Source of the DNA: Octopus vulgaris
Taxonomy: Eukaryota
Direction of reading: 5' to 3'
DNA: 64,000 nucleotides
NCBI GenBank assembly: GCA_951406725.2
Contig: OX597823.1
Location: forward strand, 93,620,001-93,684,000
The translations under genes and the position numbers were made by a program. Position 1 is the stretch's first letter; each line of letters opens with the position of its first letter. Under the pieces are notes generated by a model. That model made no database searches and had not been told where the DNA came from. It worked only from the letters and a program-made list of their open reading frames with translations. Positions 26,275 to 41,082 of the stretch are shown here, one piece after another.

Positions 26275-26505
26275 CTTTTCTATTGCCCGCAAGGGGCTAA
26301 ACATAGAGAGGACAAACAAGGACAGACAAAGGGATTAAGTCGATTACATCGACCCCAGTGCGTGACTGGTACTTAATTTATCGACCCCGAAAGAATGAAA
26401 GGCAAAGTCGACCTCAGCGGAATTTGAACTCAGAACGTAACGGCAAACGAAATAGTGCTAAGCATTTCGTCCGGCGTGCTAATGTTTCTGCCAACTCGCC
26501 GCCTT
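26275..26505 (-). mobile_element. SINE family B (tRNA-like head, Meta-domain-like core), full length
   Basis: Minus: ggcggcgagttggcagaaacattagcacgccgg...gagttcaaattccgctgaggtcgactttgcctttcattctttcggggtcgataaattaagtaccag...tttagccccttg. Confidence 0.85.
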
Positions 26506-27061
26506 CGTATGTATGTATATATATTTATACAATATAACTATATACTTATATAAATATACCTATATATGTATGAATATATTTATGTATGTATGTATAAATG
26601 TATTTATGTATGTATGTATGTATGTATGCATGTATGTATGTATGTATGTATGTATGTACGCATGCATGGAGGGATATTCATAATGTAAGTTCTCTGTTGT
26701 GCAAACCTTACATTTATGATAATTTATAATCTGCAACTAATCATTTTCTTTGAGAAACTCTAACCAGCATTAGCTTATGGATATTGTAACAATTTTCAAG
26801 GAGAGTCATTCTACATTAGTAATTCATTTTATGTTTATAAATTTTAGTTTACAAAGTTTCTGCTACATAATAATATCTTAGCAAAAAGAAAGATACACGA
26901 TACAAGTTACATCTAGACATATACTCAAGTATATACATACACACATACATATATATATAGATACGTCTATGCATACATATATACATATACATTTATATAC
27001 ACTTATACGTACATGTAATAATACAATATGTACATAGATGTATGTATATACATATACATAC

Positions 27062-27123
<62 letters not shown>

Positions 27124-27185
27124 GTGTTTGTGTGAGTATAAGATAGGGAGAGGGAATGACAGCCATACAGTTTTAAATATAAAGA

Positions 27186-27225
<40 letters not shown>

Positions 27226-28598
27226 TATATATATATATATATATAGATATATATATATGCATTCATACATATGTGTGTTTGTGTGTATGTATATATATAT
27301 ATATATATATGTATGTAAGAATGTATGTATCTTTGTGTGCGTGTATGTATGTATGTATATATACGCTTTTACAGACACAGATATTAGTAAATTTTAGTTT
27401 GCCAAGTTCTGATAAATAATATGTTAGTAAAATGAAAAATGTACACCCACACGCGCACACCTGACTTGCGAGCGCAGTCGCAGACATATTGTAACATAAA
27501 CACACCCACATATAAACAGGTACGTGCAAACAAACACACGCATATACCATAGTATAGAATTTAGCTTTGCTGACACTGTCAAAACTGGGCGACATATCTA
27601 CTTGGTTTGCACGGTTCTACTGTAAAATTTAAGGAAATGACCAATAATCAGTAATAATCTGAGTTAGAAGCACGAACAAAAATGAAGATAAATGATATTT
27701 TTCTTATACTGTTATCACAAACATGAATCTTTCAACGTAAACTTTATCAATGTACGTGTGTGGTGGGAAGGTGCTGGGAGGTGTAAGAAATGTCTGATTG
27801 AACGAAAGCTTTGCTTTGGCTAGTGGGATGCTGGGATGGTTTAGATGGTTTTGAGGTTGTAAGATCTGAGATACAACAGATCATAAGTGACTTTTCGATA
27901 TAGAAATATAGGTAAATAGTTGATACTCTTGGAAATTATATGGTATGTTTTGCTGGTATCTAGTCTATTGTCGGTTCGTTTCGTGTCACTTGTTCTGCCC
28001 AGCTTAACGGATTTATCTATTCATCCGTTAAAACACGTGAAAACACAGATTTTCTCGTTGAAAATATTAGGTTTGTAATTTAAGTCGCTTATCCGACTTT
28101 ATGAGTCATACGGTTCATTACAGATGTAAGTCGAATGCAACGCAATATATGAAAGCTTTATAAGGTAGTGAGCTAGCTAAATGGTTAGGATGCTGGGCCA
28201 AATATTTAGCGGCATTTCGCCCGTCTTCAGGTTTTGAGTTCAAATTCCATCGACGTTGACTTTAACTTTCAACCTTCGTTAAGGATGACGTACAAAGCAC
28301 CCATGTTTCCAGAGTTGAATAATTCAAACCCGGAATAGTTACGCTTAGAACATAGCTATAATAATTCCCAACTACTCTTGTTCTCGAAAAGGGAATGACC
28401 TATCATCAGCCACCAATGGACATGCTCAACTCGTTAAGGGGAAGCAACTAACAAGCAAATCTGTGGTATTCAGCAAAATATTTGTTGTAGCTCATCTTTT
28501 ACACCTATACAAAATATGTACACGTCAACACTTTCGATCAGTTAAGATCAAAAGCCGTGAGAGCCGTTGTCTGATACCGCTTAAGATGTACTACTGCG

Positions 28599-29580
28599 TC
28601 AGCTCTTCATTAACATTCGAGCGGTTCCAAGCAGTGCTGTTTTCTGCAAGTGCTCCACCCTTCTTACAGCTCCTATTTGTTCTACGTATTTCTCGAGATT
28701 TTTACTCAATGTTCCCAGGGCTCCGACAATTACAGGTTCTACTACCACCTTTTTCAGCGACCACAGCTGCTTAACTTCCCAAGCTAACTTGTCATATCTC
28801 TCGACTTTTCTTTCTTCATTGTTACATACCTTGTTGTATGATCCAGCATAGTTTGTTTTCTTTCTCAATTAAGACTATGACTGGCTTCCTATTCTCTATC
28901 TCATGGTCGCAATGAATCATAAAATCGCATAGGACTTTTGCATTTCAATTTTCGACGATACCTTCGGGTTTATGATCGTACCAATATTTGCTCTCTCAAG
29001 TCCCTACTTGTTGCAAAGTGTCCAATGGACAAGCCTGGTTATAATTGTCGTGGCGTCTCATACATTTTTTCTGGACTAGTGGTGCACATTAACTGGTAAT
29101 ATGCTATACTGTTTCAGTGTTTTGTCCACAGATTCTTCACTTATCACTTTCTGATGTGTTGTCTATTCTGTATTTTATGTAGTTTGTACTTAGTGCTTGC
29201 TCTTAGGCAGCACGGATTAGAGCCTCCGTTTCCGGTTTTAATTCACTTATAGTCATCTACAGCCATCGTTTTTCTCTAACTGTCTTATCTTCAACATGCC
29301 TATAAAATTGACCATGCATTCTTTTCTTTACCTATTTTCAGTTACATTCGTTTTCAATTTCTTGTATAGCGCTTCATCTTTGCAATCTTTCATCCTACGC
29401 CTTCTTACATCTAGTAACAGCGGTTCTGTGGCAATTTTTACATACCATGCTCTGTTGTTTTTTCTGCACTAATGCTGTGTTCGCATCCAATAAGTCCTCT
29501 TCCCCCTCTTTTTCTTGGTACATAGAGTCTGTCCGTGTCCTTTTTGGGTGGCGTGAACCATATCTAGTTAACAACTTCCT
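28599..29580 (-). mobile_element. R4/Dong-like non-LTR retrotransposon 3' fragment (zinc knuckle + restriction-like endonuclease)
   Basis: KVERYDKLAWEVKQLWSLKKVVVEPVIVGALGTLSKNL...LQKTALLGTAR; upstream frameshifted RHDN..RLVHWTLC and DF.I.CDHEIE motifs. Confidence 0.85.
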
Positions 29581-29949
29581 TATTATTATTTCTTTTTAAG
29601 AAGACACCGAACTGGCAGAACCGTTAACATGCTGGGACAAAATTCTTACCGACATTTCGTCCGTCTTTACATTCTGAATTCAAATTCCACTCCATCCCAC
29701 CAGGATTGACCTTGCTTTTTATCCTTTCGCAGTCGATAACATAAATATCAGAAGGAAATTTACAGAGTAATATCTGTCAGTTGATTCGCAAAGAATACAG
29801 GAAATTTGGAGATGATCTGAGGCAGATAATTGTATTTGTGTTTTGATGTGTATGTATCATAGTCAAGACCTACAATCCTTTGGAAAATTACTCGAAGCTT
29901 TGGAGGCACAAGGCCTGAAATTTTTTGAGCGTGGATTCAATCGATTATA

Positions 29950-30365
29950 TTTATTTCTTTATTGCCCACAAGGGGCTAAGCATTGAGAGGAGAAACAAGG
30001 ACAGACAAAGGGATAAATCGGTTACACCGACCCCAGTGCGTAACTTGTACGTATTTATTTGACCCCGAAAGGATGAAAGGCAAAGTCGACCTCGGCGGAA
30101 TTTGAACTCAGAGCGTAACGGCATACGAAATACCCATTTCTTTACTACCCACAAGGGGCTAAACACAGAGAGGACAAACAAGGACAAAAAAACGGATTAA
30201 GTCCATTATATCGACCCCAGTGAGTAACTGGTACTTATTGAATCGACCCCGAAAAGATGAAAGGCAAAGTCGACCTCGGCGGAATTTGAACTCAGAACTT
30301 AACGGCAGTTGAAATACTGCTAAGCATTCCGGCCGACGTGCTGACGATTCTGCCAGTTCGCCGCC
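29950..30365 (-). mobile_element. SINE family B head-to-tail dimer
   Basis: Two consecutive copies (29950-30135 and 30137-30365) of the family B body. Confidence 0.85.
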
Positions 30366-31787
30366 CTAAATCGATCACAGTGACCCCAGTCTTCAACTGG
30401 TATTTATCTTTTGAACACGAAACGAGTAAAGGTAAAACCGATCTCGATGAAATTTGAACTCAGAATGTAAAGACGCGCGAAGCAATTCTGAAAATTTCTG
30501 TCCGGCTTATCGAAATTTGCCAGCTCGCCATCTTGCAAAACTTTGATGTATACTGTAGTGCATTCGGCTTAGACTTACATCTGTAATGAGCTGCTTTGAC
30601 TGATAGAGTCAAAGCTTTACGCCGGTTGACATGGGGTATAATTGACTGAAATCACAACACTATCCCCTAAACCTAACACCGGTCCTTCGCAGGATGAACT
30701 TCCCTGTCCTTGCTGGAACTCATTCACAGCCGAGTGGATTGGTACAACGTCGTGTTTTACTCAAGAGCACAACGCATCATCTGCATCGGGAATCGAAACC
30801 ACTTTACGATTGTGCGAGCATCACATTAATCATGAGGCCACACGTTTTCTGATGCACAGCTATATCAATTTCAGTTATATTTCAGATTCGGGGTTCACTC
30901 AAAAACGTTGCATCCATATACAATTACTTGCATTTCTTAGCTGTGTCTCGTAGATGAGTATGACTTCGCAACACACCTCGTTTTACCTGATTGTTTTACG
31001 TGTCTCTGTCGTCAGAAGTAGACATAAATATTCCAGGCTACGTCTGCACCTATAACCGGCGATGTCTCGGTCAACGAATCCTCTGCAAAGGTTGACAATC
31101 GACGGCTTATGAGCTGCTGCTGATCACTTGTGAACTTGTATCTTCACTGAAACTCAGAGTTTAAACAATACATCTTAACAGCGAACAACGACTACAGCTA
31201 CAGTGTCCGCGGAAATGGACCGTCGAACAAAGGTCAGCATTGGGGATGGACGAGGTACAATCGTTGGTCGGAGCCGACTCAAGCTCCTCTCGCTGAATGC
31301 CGCTGTATATACAAGTACAAGTATAGGCGCTCTTAGTCCTTGTAGCGGTCAATCAAAGGAATATACCGTTGTGACTCGACAGAGAGAGGGATGTATCAAA
31401 TTCGCATCAGATTCCACTGAATCACACTTTGGGATGGTGCTGTGTTTTTTAACCTCGGAAATGAATAAAGCATGTTGAGTGAAATATGGTAACGGAGATT
31501 GTTTGGAAATTCATCGGAGGAGGTTTTCCTTGTCTTCCAACTAGATTTAAATAAACGACTAATTTAACATCACCAACTGGTCCTTCAGTACATTTAGGAA
31601 CTGTATTCTGTTATTTAAGAACTCTGGCTCTTGAGTACCTTTCGTATGATGAACTATGTCAAAGGCACAGGTCCAAATCGGAGGGTAACAGTTTCGAAAC
31701 TTTCCCTAGCTGGAGGACCATGGAACGGATAATGGACAAATAATTTTTTTCCTTCGTGTAGCAAACAATAACAAGCAAAAACATTAG

Positions 31788-31829
<42 letters not shown>

Positions 31830-31918
31830 GGAGAGTTTACGAAGAAAACAAAAGATGAAGACAGGTGGTGTACAAAACAAACAGATGTATTAGTATAACG
31901 CTCAGGAATTGAAAAAGT

Positions 31919-31954
31919 CTTTTACGTTTCAAGCCTACGCTCTTCTACAGAAAG
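31919..31954 (-). ncRNA. Minimal hammerhead-like motif with atypical CUGUAGA core
   Basis: Minus: cttt CTGTAGA a gagc-gtag-gctt GAAA cg TA aaag; within a ~190-bp repeat flanked by (AT)n. Confidence 0.45.
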
Positions 31955-32365
31955 GAACACAGAAAAAACAAGGAGAGAAACAAAGAGAGAAAAAATGTGT
32001 GTAGTGGCTAACGATGTATCATGGCGTATATATATATATATATATATACAAATACTAATTTAACCATTCATGCATCTCACGAAAACAGATCTTGAAGAAT
32101 TTAGAAACTTGCCGTTGCGAAATATTTTCAACAAAAATTCAAAACAATATTATTGTTCACGCTTGATGGTGTTCATAAAGAGAACTCACAACTACTTATT
32201 AATCAACAAAATCAACAACCGACTAAAAAGATGTTCCTTGCTTCCCGCCACCACGCCTTCCTAAAAGTGGTAAACACTTCTGAAGAAAAGAGATGTTCTC
32301 TCAATTAACAGATTACAACAAATTCATGTCGCATATCATTTTGCTTTCCTTCTCTGACGTAATTT

Positions 32366-32700
<335 letters not shown>

Positions 32701-32999
32701 TCATCTCATTTTACATTTTCTTCCCCTTCCTCACTGACTTCTCCTTCCTCTCCACTCTCCACTCTCTTCTCTCATTCTCTCATTCCCCTCTCCTTCCCAC
32801 CCTTCTCTCCCCACCTCCAAACTCCTCCATACCGACTATTTTTATGTCTTCCACTTAGATAAACAATTTAATCAATATATTTTGAATCGTCAGTAAAAAT
32901 TGCTTTACACTCCTTCAGCAAACTGAAACAATTAAAATAATGTCTCTCACTTTACAAAATGCCAACCTAAGCAGCACATGCAAATCGCTATGCACTCCT

Positions 33000-33770
33000 C
33001 ACTCAATATAATCAATGCATGTGTTTGCGTTTGTGTGTGTGTATTTGAGTGTGTGTGTGTTTTTGCATTATATGTGTGCGTTTTGCTGCTACGTTCTGAG
33101 TTCAAATTGCGCCGAGGTCGACTTTGCCTTTCATCCTTTCGGAGTCGATTAAATAAATACTAGTTACTCACTGGGGTAGATATAATCGACTTAATCCGTT
33201 TGTCTGTCCTGGTTTGTCCTCTGTGTGTAGCCCCTTGTAGGTAGTAATAAAACAGGTATTTCGTCAGTTGTTACGTTCTGGGTTCAAATTGCGCCGAGGT
33301 GGACTTTACTTTTCATCCTTTCGGGGTCGAATTAATAAATACCAGTTACGCACTGGGGTCGATGTAATGGACTTTATGCCCTCCTTCAAATGTCAAGCCT
33401 TGTACTTCCAGTAGAAAGGAATATATGTGAGCGTATATGTAATGTGCACACATGTATGTGTGTGTGTGTATGTGTGTGTGTGTCTGTGTGTGTGTGTGTG
33501 CGTATTTGCATTTTATGTGCGCTTGTTGCTGCTACGTTCTGAGTTCAAATTCCACCGAGGTCGACTTTGCCTTTCATCCTTTCGGGGTCGATTAAATAAA
33601 TACCAGGTACGCACTGGGGTCGATGTAATCGACTTAATACCCTCCTTCAAATTTCTAGCCTTGTATTTCCAGTAGAAAGGATTATGTGTGAGCGTGTATG
33701 TAATGTGCATGCATGTATGTGTTTGTATGTGTGTGTGTATCTGTGTGTGTATGTGTGTGTGTGTGTGTTT
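33000..33770 (+). repeat. Tandem array of SINE family B fragments with (TG)n spacers
   Basis: Three copies of acgttctg(a/g)gttcaaatt...ccgaggt at ~33091, ~33273 and ~33534; shared downstream cc(c)tccttcaaat...ttccagtagaaagga. Confidence 0.85.
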
Positions 33771-33819
33771 GTCGGGGGTAGTAAATAGAAATATCGATTT
33801 TGTATGTTTTTTACCTTTT

Positions 33820-34200
33820 ACCATTTTACTTGTTTCAATCACTAGATTGCGGCAGTGCTGGAGCACCATGTTGAAGAATGTTTAACCCAACGGATCGACC
33901 ACACTGATTATTTTGTTTTTAAGCCTGCTACTTATTCTCACCGTATCTTTTTCCCAATTACTAGATTATGGGATCGTAAACAAACCAGCACCGGTTATCA
34001 AGTGTTTTTGGGGACAGCCACACACACACATATAAATGACGGGCTTCTTTCAATTTCCGAGTACAAAATCCACTCAGAAAACTTTGGTCGGCGCAAGGGT
34101 ATAGTAAAAAGCACTCGTCCAAGGTACTACGCAGTAGGACTGTATCCGGAGCCTTGTGATTAAAAAGACAAGCTTCTTATCACACAGCCACGCCTGCGTT
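33820..34200 (-). mobile_element. SINE family A, diverged full length
   Basis: ttttacttgtttca...gctggagcacc...aaatccactca...cacacagccacgcctgcg. Confidence 0.75.
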
Positions 34201-34744
34201 AAACTATACAATAGCTTAACGTTCATTTATTAAAGGTTTCATATTTCTACATTAGTGTTTCCTATTTTGTTCGGAAGAGGATTTATCTGAAGTTCATTAA
34301 GTTTTCGAAACTTCCAAGCGAAATGTTCCTCTCTTTACCATTTCTTTGGTTTACTCATAATTTTTTTTTCTTTCGTTTTGTTGTTTCCTTTAGATAGACA
34401 CTTTAGAAACATGCAGAAAAGCGGAACCTCGTCGGAAAGAGCATGTTAAATAGCTTTTCCACATCCTTCGAAAGCATTCCTGCAGTCACTGTCCTTGGCT
34501 ACCTTCTTCCCTTCCAATTTAACTGCAGAAAGACAAAGCCCAATGGACGCAGCTCTGACTGGCAACAGAAATGAAACTAAAACTTTTGAAGTAATAAACT
34601 ATAAATCTTTTGTAGAATCTAGAGCCAGCTCTGTAGTTTTGTTTCGTATAAGAAGCACTCAATGTAATCAATGCATGTGTGTGTGTGTGTGTGTGTGCGT
34701 ATGTGTGTGTGGTGTGTGCATATTTGTATTTTATTCGTGCATGT

Positions 34745-34915
34745 TGCTGCTACGTTCTGAGTCCAAATTTCCCTGAGGTCGACTTTGCCTTTCATCCTTT
34801 CAGGGTCGATAAATAAAGTACCAGTTTCGCACTGGGGTCGATGTAATCGACTTAATCCCTTTGTCTGTCCCTGTCTGCTCCCTCTATGCTTAGCCCCTTG
34901 TGGGTAGTAAAGAGA
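34745..34915 (+). mobile_element. SINE family B, 5'-truncated
   Basis: gaggtcgactttgcctttcatcctttcagggtcgataaataaagtaccag...tagccccttgtgggtagtaaag. Confidence 0.8.
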
Positions 34916-36267
34916 CATATTATGGTTAATCGAACACATGCACGCAGTCTCTTCTTTCTCTGTGATCTGCTGTTCGATATTTGTTTCCTGAATGCAGTAT
35001 ATTTAAATGGATTTTGTGAAATTTAGGAACGAAATAATTATCTTTTATTCACTTGAAAATTTTCAGCAGTTGTTAACTACGGTTCTCTATACTTGTTATG
35101 CACTCGAAATTGTTTCAAAGCAAGGTTTCTTTTTCAAATGTTCTATAATAATTATCTATATTTGAAAGATTGTAAAATAATCATTCTCTAAAGATGTTTT
35201 ATACGACACTAAAAAGTTTCTACAGGTTGAATAAGAAAGCAACTTGACACAGTAACTTGATATGGCAACTGACAAAACAACTTCATATGTCCAACAGGTT
35301 AAAACAGCCCAAAATTCGAGTATGATTTTCACTATCCATATCCATTGTGCTAAATGCCACATGACACATCTGCTGGTCTAAACCACTCAGGTGGCCACTC
35401 CGTGTGATTATCACATGCTCTTAATACAGCGACGTAACAGAAAACAGAACAAAAATTCCGTTACCACACCGAGTGACCATCCTGAACCAATCAGTCTGTA
35501 AGTTAACGGATAGTATTCTGATCCACATTGTTTCTATAAAATGAACGAATTTTAGAAACAGCGTCAGAAATGATAAAATTTGCAATACAGATCAACGGCC
35601 TTCACAATTTACACTGAAATCATGCAAAAATAAGACCGTGAAACATATTAAAACTGATTTCAAATTTTGGCACAAAGCCAGCAATTTCTTCGGAGAGGTG
35701 AGTCGGTTACATCGGCCCCGGTGCTCAACTGGTACCTACTATATAAAATTTAAATTAATGAAAGGTAAAAAGGGCCTCCATGGAATTTGAAGTCAGAAGG
35801 CGAAAACGGACAAAATGCCGCTAAGCGTTCATAGAAATATAGACAAAGAACCACTCTGTGCATTTTCAACTTCATTTATTTCATCTTTACTACTACTTGT
35901 ATGGATTAGTAACTATATGTACACGCACATACACAAACACACACGCACATATGCTAACGCTCAGGCTACCGTACACACACACATATATCTACATGCATGT
36001 ACAGGATCAAAAATCATGCATACATCTCCACAGATATAGTACAAGAATAGTTGTAAGAAACTCTTTCTCATGTGAAATCCTATTTTCGTTTCTATCCCTT
36101 ATGTATCAATTCCTTTTTGGTACGGTGTATATGTACGGTCATATTTTCATACCATTGTAGTTACTGACCAGAAACCAGCAGCCTTTGTGAAACACTTCTA
36201 CAACTGAGAACTATGTATATATAAATACACAATCATATTCATAATAAAAGCATTAATATATGTAAAA

Positions 36268-36327
<60 letters not shown>

Positions 36328-36366
36328 GCATAAATGCGTAAAAGCATATATATATATATATATATA

Positions 36367-36412
<46 letters not shown>

Positions 36413-37127
36413 TGTATGTGTGTAAATATATACATGTGTATATATCTAAATATGTGTGGTTGTTTATGTGTATCGATAAAAATGTGTGCGTGTAATATAC
36501 ACACTCATAAACATACACGTGTGTATAACACACTTAGCGATAGAAAGCTGTAAAAAGAAGGAAAGAACGAGAGCGAATGAATTGTATTCGAGTTGCATGT
36601 ATATTGGTAAAAAAAATCAAGTTCGAAAGAAGTAGAAAGATATGCGTCTCTAGGTAGGACACATAGATGCATCACAAAGAAATAAACGCCGAAGTTAAAA
36701 GCTCTTGTTATCGACATATAAAAGCAGTATTAGAAACATAACATACTTCTCTTAGCGAAAAAAATAAGATGTATTCAGCTGGCCATCTTTGAGATGGTAT
36801 ATGCATTTAGCCTCATTGATGGAGCTAAACTGGCAGGAAGATCATGAAAAGGATGAATTTATATGGAATGCGCCAACCTAAAATATATTTTCATCGTCTT
36901 TAAATAACATGAATCGGTAAAATTGAAGGTAATATCTTAGGCATTTAGAGGTCAACTTCGAAATGAAAATGGTAAGTTATAACAACTGTCCTGAAGAGCA
37001 GGACGAACGTCAAGTGCGAGTGTGAGAAGGAATCCTGTAACAGCTAAAGCAGAGGCGGCAAACTCACTGAAGAGAGGAATTCTTCTATTACAGCAATAGT
37101 TTCCGTCTATGCTTGTTGAATATATAC

Positions 37128-37189
<62 letters not shown>

Positions 37190-37191
<2 letters not shown>

Positions 37192-37395
37192 GTTTCAAAT
37201 TTTGCCACATGGACAGGGGCTAAGTCGATTACATCGACCCGAGTGGTTCACTGGTACTTAATTTATCAACACAGAAGCGATGAAATGTAAAGTCGATCTC
37301 AGCGGAATTTGAACTCAAACCGTTAAAGGCAGACGAAACGCTGCTAAACATTTTTTCCTAGCGTGCTAACGATTCTGCGAGCTCGCCGCCTTAAA
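37190..37395 (-). mobile_element. SINE family B inserted within (AAT)n
   Basis: Family B body flanked on both sides by (AAT)n (37128-37190 and 37400-37510). Confidence 0.75.
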
Positions 37396-37485
<90 letters not shown>

Positions 37486-38004
37486 AATAATAATAATAAT
37501 AATAATAATACGCACACACACATACACATATACTTCTGTATATATGGATACAGGTCGTCACCAACAGTAAACGTGAAATACGAAAACAAATGAGTTAAAT
37601 ACGCAAACAACGAGAGAAACAAATAGAAAACAGGACAAGTAACATAAACAACGAACCTTCATCAGTTGTCGCCTGTCTATCAACTCCTTATTTCGAGCAG
37701 TGAACGAAAATATGAGTCTTCGAAGACAGTTGCTCCTATAAGTATCAAAGTATAATTTGGGATTTATGTGGGGCGGGGATAGTGAAAAAAATACAGGACA
37801 GTGGAGAGATACAAGGAAACCGAATGGAAATAAACATGGAGGGTCGTTAGACCAGAACCAGCGGAAAATGGCGAACGCTGGAGGAATATTTCCTTTGACA
37901 AGAGAAAAGATAGAAGCAAGAGATAGAATACGTTCAGTCGTTAGAACAACACACACACGCGCACATATATATACATATATATATGTAGAGAGAGAGAGAG
38001 AAAG

Positions 38005-38085
<81 letters not shown>

Positions 38086-39037
38086 CATACATACAATGGT
38101 CTTCTTTCAGTTTCCGTCTACCAAATCCACTTACAAGGCTTTGGTCGATGCGAGATTGTATCAGAAGACACTTGCCGTAGTTGTAACGCAGAGGACCTGA
38201 AGCAAAACCACGTGATTGCGGAACAAGCTTCTTAGTACACAGCCATACCTACGCCTAGATATCATAGCCTACACCTATACAAACACGGCTGCGCCTACCT
38301 AGCCACGTCTGCACCTCCACAGCTACGTCCACGCATGTATCTAGACAGCTAACAGCTACGCTTGTGCCCACACAGTCACGTGTCTGACTTACATGTTGAT
38401 ATTTTAAACACCCAGAGTAAGATGAGGACCAAATTTGACGCCAATAGGGTTTGAACGCAGGGAAATGAGCATAAAATGATTTTTTTTACGACATTCTAAT
38501 GACTGCCCCATTCAGCCGTTTTTGCATTGTTTATAAAAGAGTTGTTTCTAAAATTTATACCAGACCAGTTCTTTGGGGAGGAAGAGAAATCGGAGAGAAT
38601 CGGCTCTTGTAATTGATGGTGCTAATTTTATCGGTCCCCGGACGGTGGGAAGGAAAAATCACGGGCGATAGAATGAGACCTTCGAGTGTACAGAGACAGA
38701 AGTAATTATAGTTATAATGAACTTAATGCTGTTCTTGTTTTTGATAACGATGATGACGTTGATGATGACGATGATGATGATGATGATGGGAGCGTAGTTT
38801 TGGTGGTATTGGTCGTAGTTGTGGTGATTATGGCGGTGGTGTCAGGGGGATTATGGTGGCGGTGGTGGTGGTGGTGGTAGGGCTGCTGGTCCTGTTGCTG
38901 CTGCACTTGCTGATGATGATGGCGATGACGATGAACACAAATAAAATCGAATAAAATTAACCTTCATCGAAACAACAATAATAAAATCGAGACATTAACA
39001 TTCACAACAGTAACAATACATGTGTCTATCTCTCTAG

Positions 39038-39138
<101 letters not shown>

Positions 39139-39190
39139 CATTTGTATATATATATGTATATATATATATGCATATATATGTATATATATG

Positions 39191-39244
<54 letters not shown>

Positions 39245-39599
39245 ATGTATACTTATATAGCTATCTAAACATATGTATGTATGTATGAATACATGCACAC
39301 CCATAGGGTCCCTCGGCAGGCAACTCATCTCGAAGAAAGAGGACTCAAGGGAATTTGAAACAGCGATCTGTTTCCTAGAAAGAATTTGCAGCAAAACCTT
39401 TAAAACAAGACGATCAACAACCGAATGCAACGGGACGCCCCTTTCAGCTTCCCGAGGGAGATCTGTGAACATCAAATACAAAACCCGGAAGAGTTTGTGT
39501 GTTTCCTTTCAATCCCATCTCTTTCCAGCTTCAATTACTGTTTTCTCTTTGTGTGCGTGGAGTCTGTGAGGGCGGTTGTGAAGATGGCTTGAGATTACG

Positions 39600-39614
39600 A
39601 GAGTGTGTGTGCGA

Positions 39615-39687
<73 letters not shown>

Positions 39688-39873
39688 TTTGACTTTTTCT
39701 TTGTAAATGTTAGTATTTATATATGTCGGTACGATTTGTTTTTTATGTGTTTTGCGTTGGTTTTATGTATATATGAGTGGATGAGGCGATGGATGTGTGG
39801 AGAGGCGGAAATGTTTGAGGTTCGCGCACTTTTGGTTGGTCAACAGGTTTCTGTTTAGTATGGTACACGAATT

Positions 39874-39946
<73 letters not shown>

Positions 39947-40230
39947 GGTGATGGTGGTGGTGGTGGAGCCGGCGGCTGCGGCTGTGATAGTTGTAATAGA
40001 CGTGATGTTGTTGCTTTTGGTGGTGGTGGTGGTGGTGGTGGTGGTAGTGGTGATGGTGGTGCTGTTGTTGTTGATGATGATGATGGTGGTAGTTCTGGTA
40101 CTGTTGCTGTGTGACGTTAAGTATGGTAACGTATGGTGGTGTTGATGATGATGATGATGATGATGGTGACAGCGACCATGATAGTGATGGTGGCGATGAT
40201 GATGATGACTATGATGATGATGATGAATTT
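39600..40230. repeat. (GT)n followed by (TAG)n(TGG)n(GAT)n tracts
   Basis: Direct reading. Confidence 0.9.
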
Positions 40231-40745
40231 TAAGTAGATGCTAACGGTAGAATTTCTATTAATGAAAGTGATGCTGATGGTGATGTTGATGTAGAAAAAG
40301 AAGAGGTGGAGGGGGAAGAGGAGTACAAATGGGTAACGATGATGCAGTGGCTTTCATTACACTATAGTGATGACAGAAAAACAAATAGTAAAAGAAATAT
40401 CGACTTAAAAGTTTTAAAACATCATGAAAATGAATGGAAGTTTCTTGAGAGAAAAATATGGAGCAGAAACCTAAGAAATTTGCGAATGTGTTTCTCTTCT
40501 TTTTTTGTCTTGTAGTCATCCAACTTCAGTAGGTGACACTGTGAGGTTCCTTCACGCATCGTTGTCTGGCATCGCATTCATCAAAACACTGCCATGAAGT
40601 ACAATGTCGTCCTCAATGATTTTCTCGTGGGGTCATGTTCAGGCGAGCACGACCACTAGTAACATCGCGGGGCCATGACAGATAAGAATCGAACAAACAC
40701 AAAACAAACTTAAAAACACATTAAAAACTAAAATATATAATTGCG

Positions 40746-41082
40746 AAGACCCCCTTCGGTTACGAATAACCATGGGATTGCACCTAGAAAGTTACCCTCC
40801 GAGGCACAAGTCCGAGTAAGGTTGTTTATGGAAGACCAGCAGCCGTCCATGCATACCAGCCTCCCCTCTCCACACCACTGATGTTATCCGAGGGAAAGGC
40901 AAAGGGGCCGATACAACTTGGCACCAGTGATGTCGCAACTCATTTCTACAGCTGAGAAAACTGGAGCAACGTAAGATAAAGTGTCTTACTCAAAAACACA
41001 ACACGCAGCGCGGTCCGGGATTCGAACTCAGAATTTCACGATCATAAGCTCGACGCTCTAAACACTGAGCCATGCGCCTTCA
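40746..41082 (-). mobile_element. tRNA-derived SINE (family D), full length
   Basis: Minus: ggcgcatggctcagtgtttagagcg (A box)...gagttcgaatccc (B box)...ttgagtaagacacttt...ctcagctgtagaaatgagt; a head remnant of the same type lies at ~30720-30845. Confidence 0.8.

Noticed and set aside
40990-41082. tRNA gene
   Set aside because: A/B boxes are present, but the sequence continues into a SINE body and a full cloverleaf acceptor stem is not evident; treated as a SINE head (same for 21080-21160)
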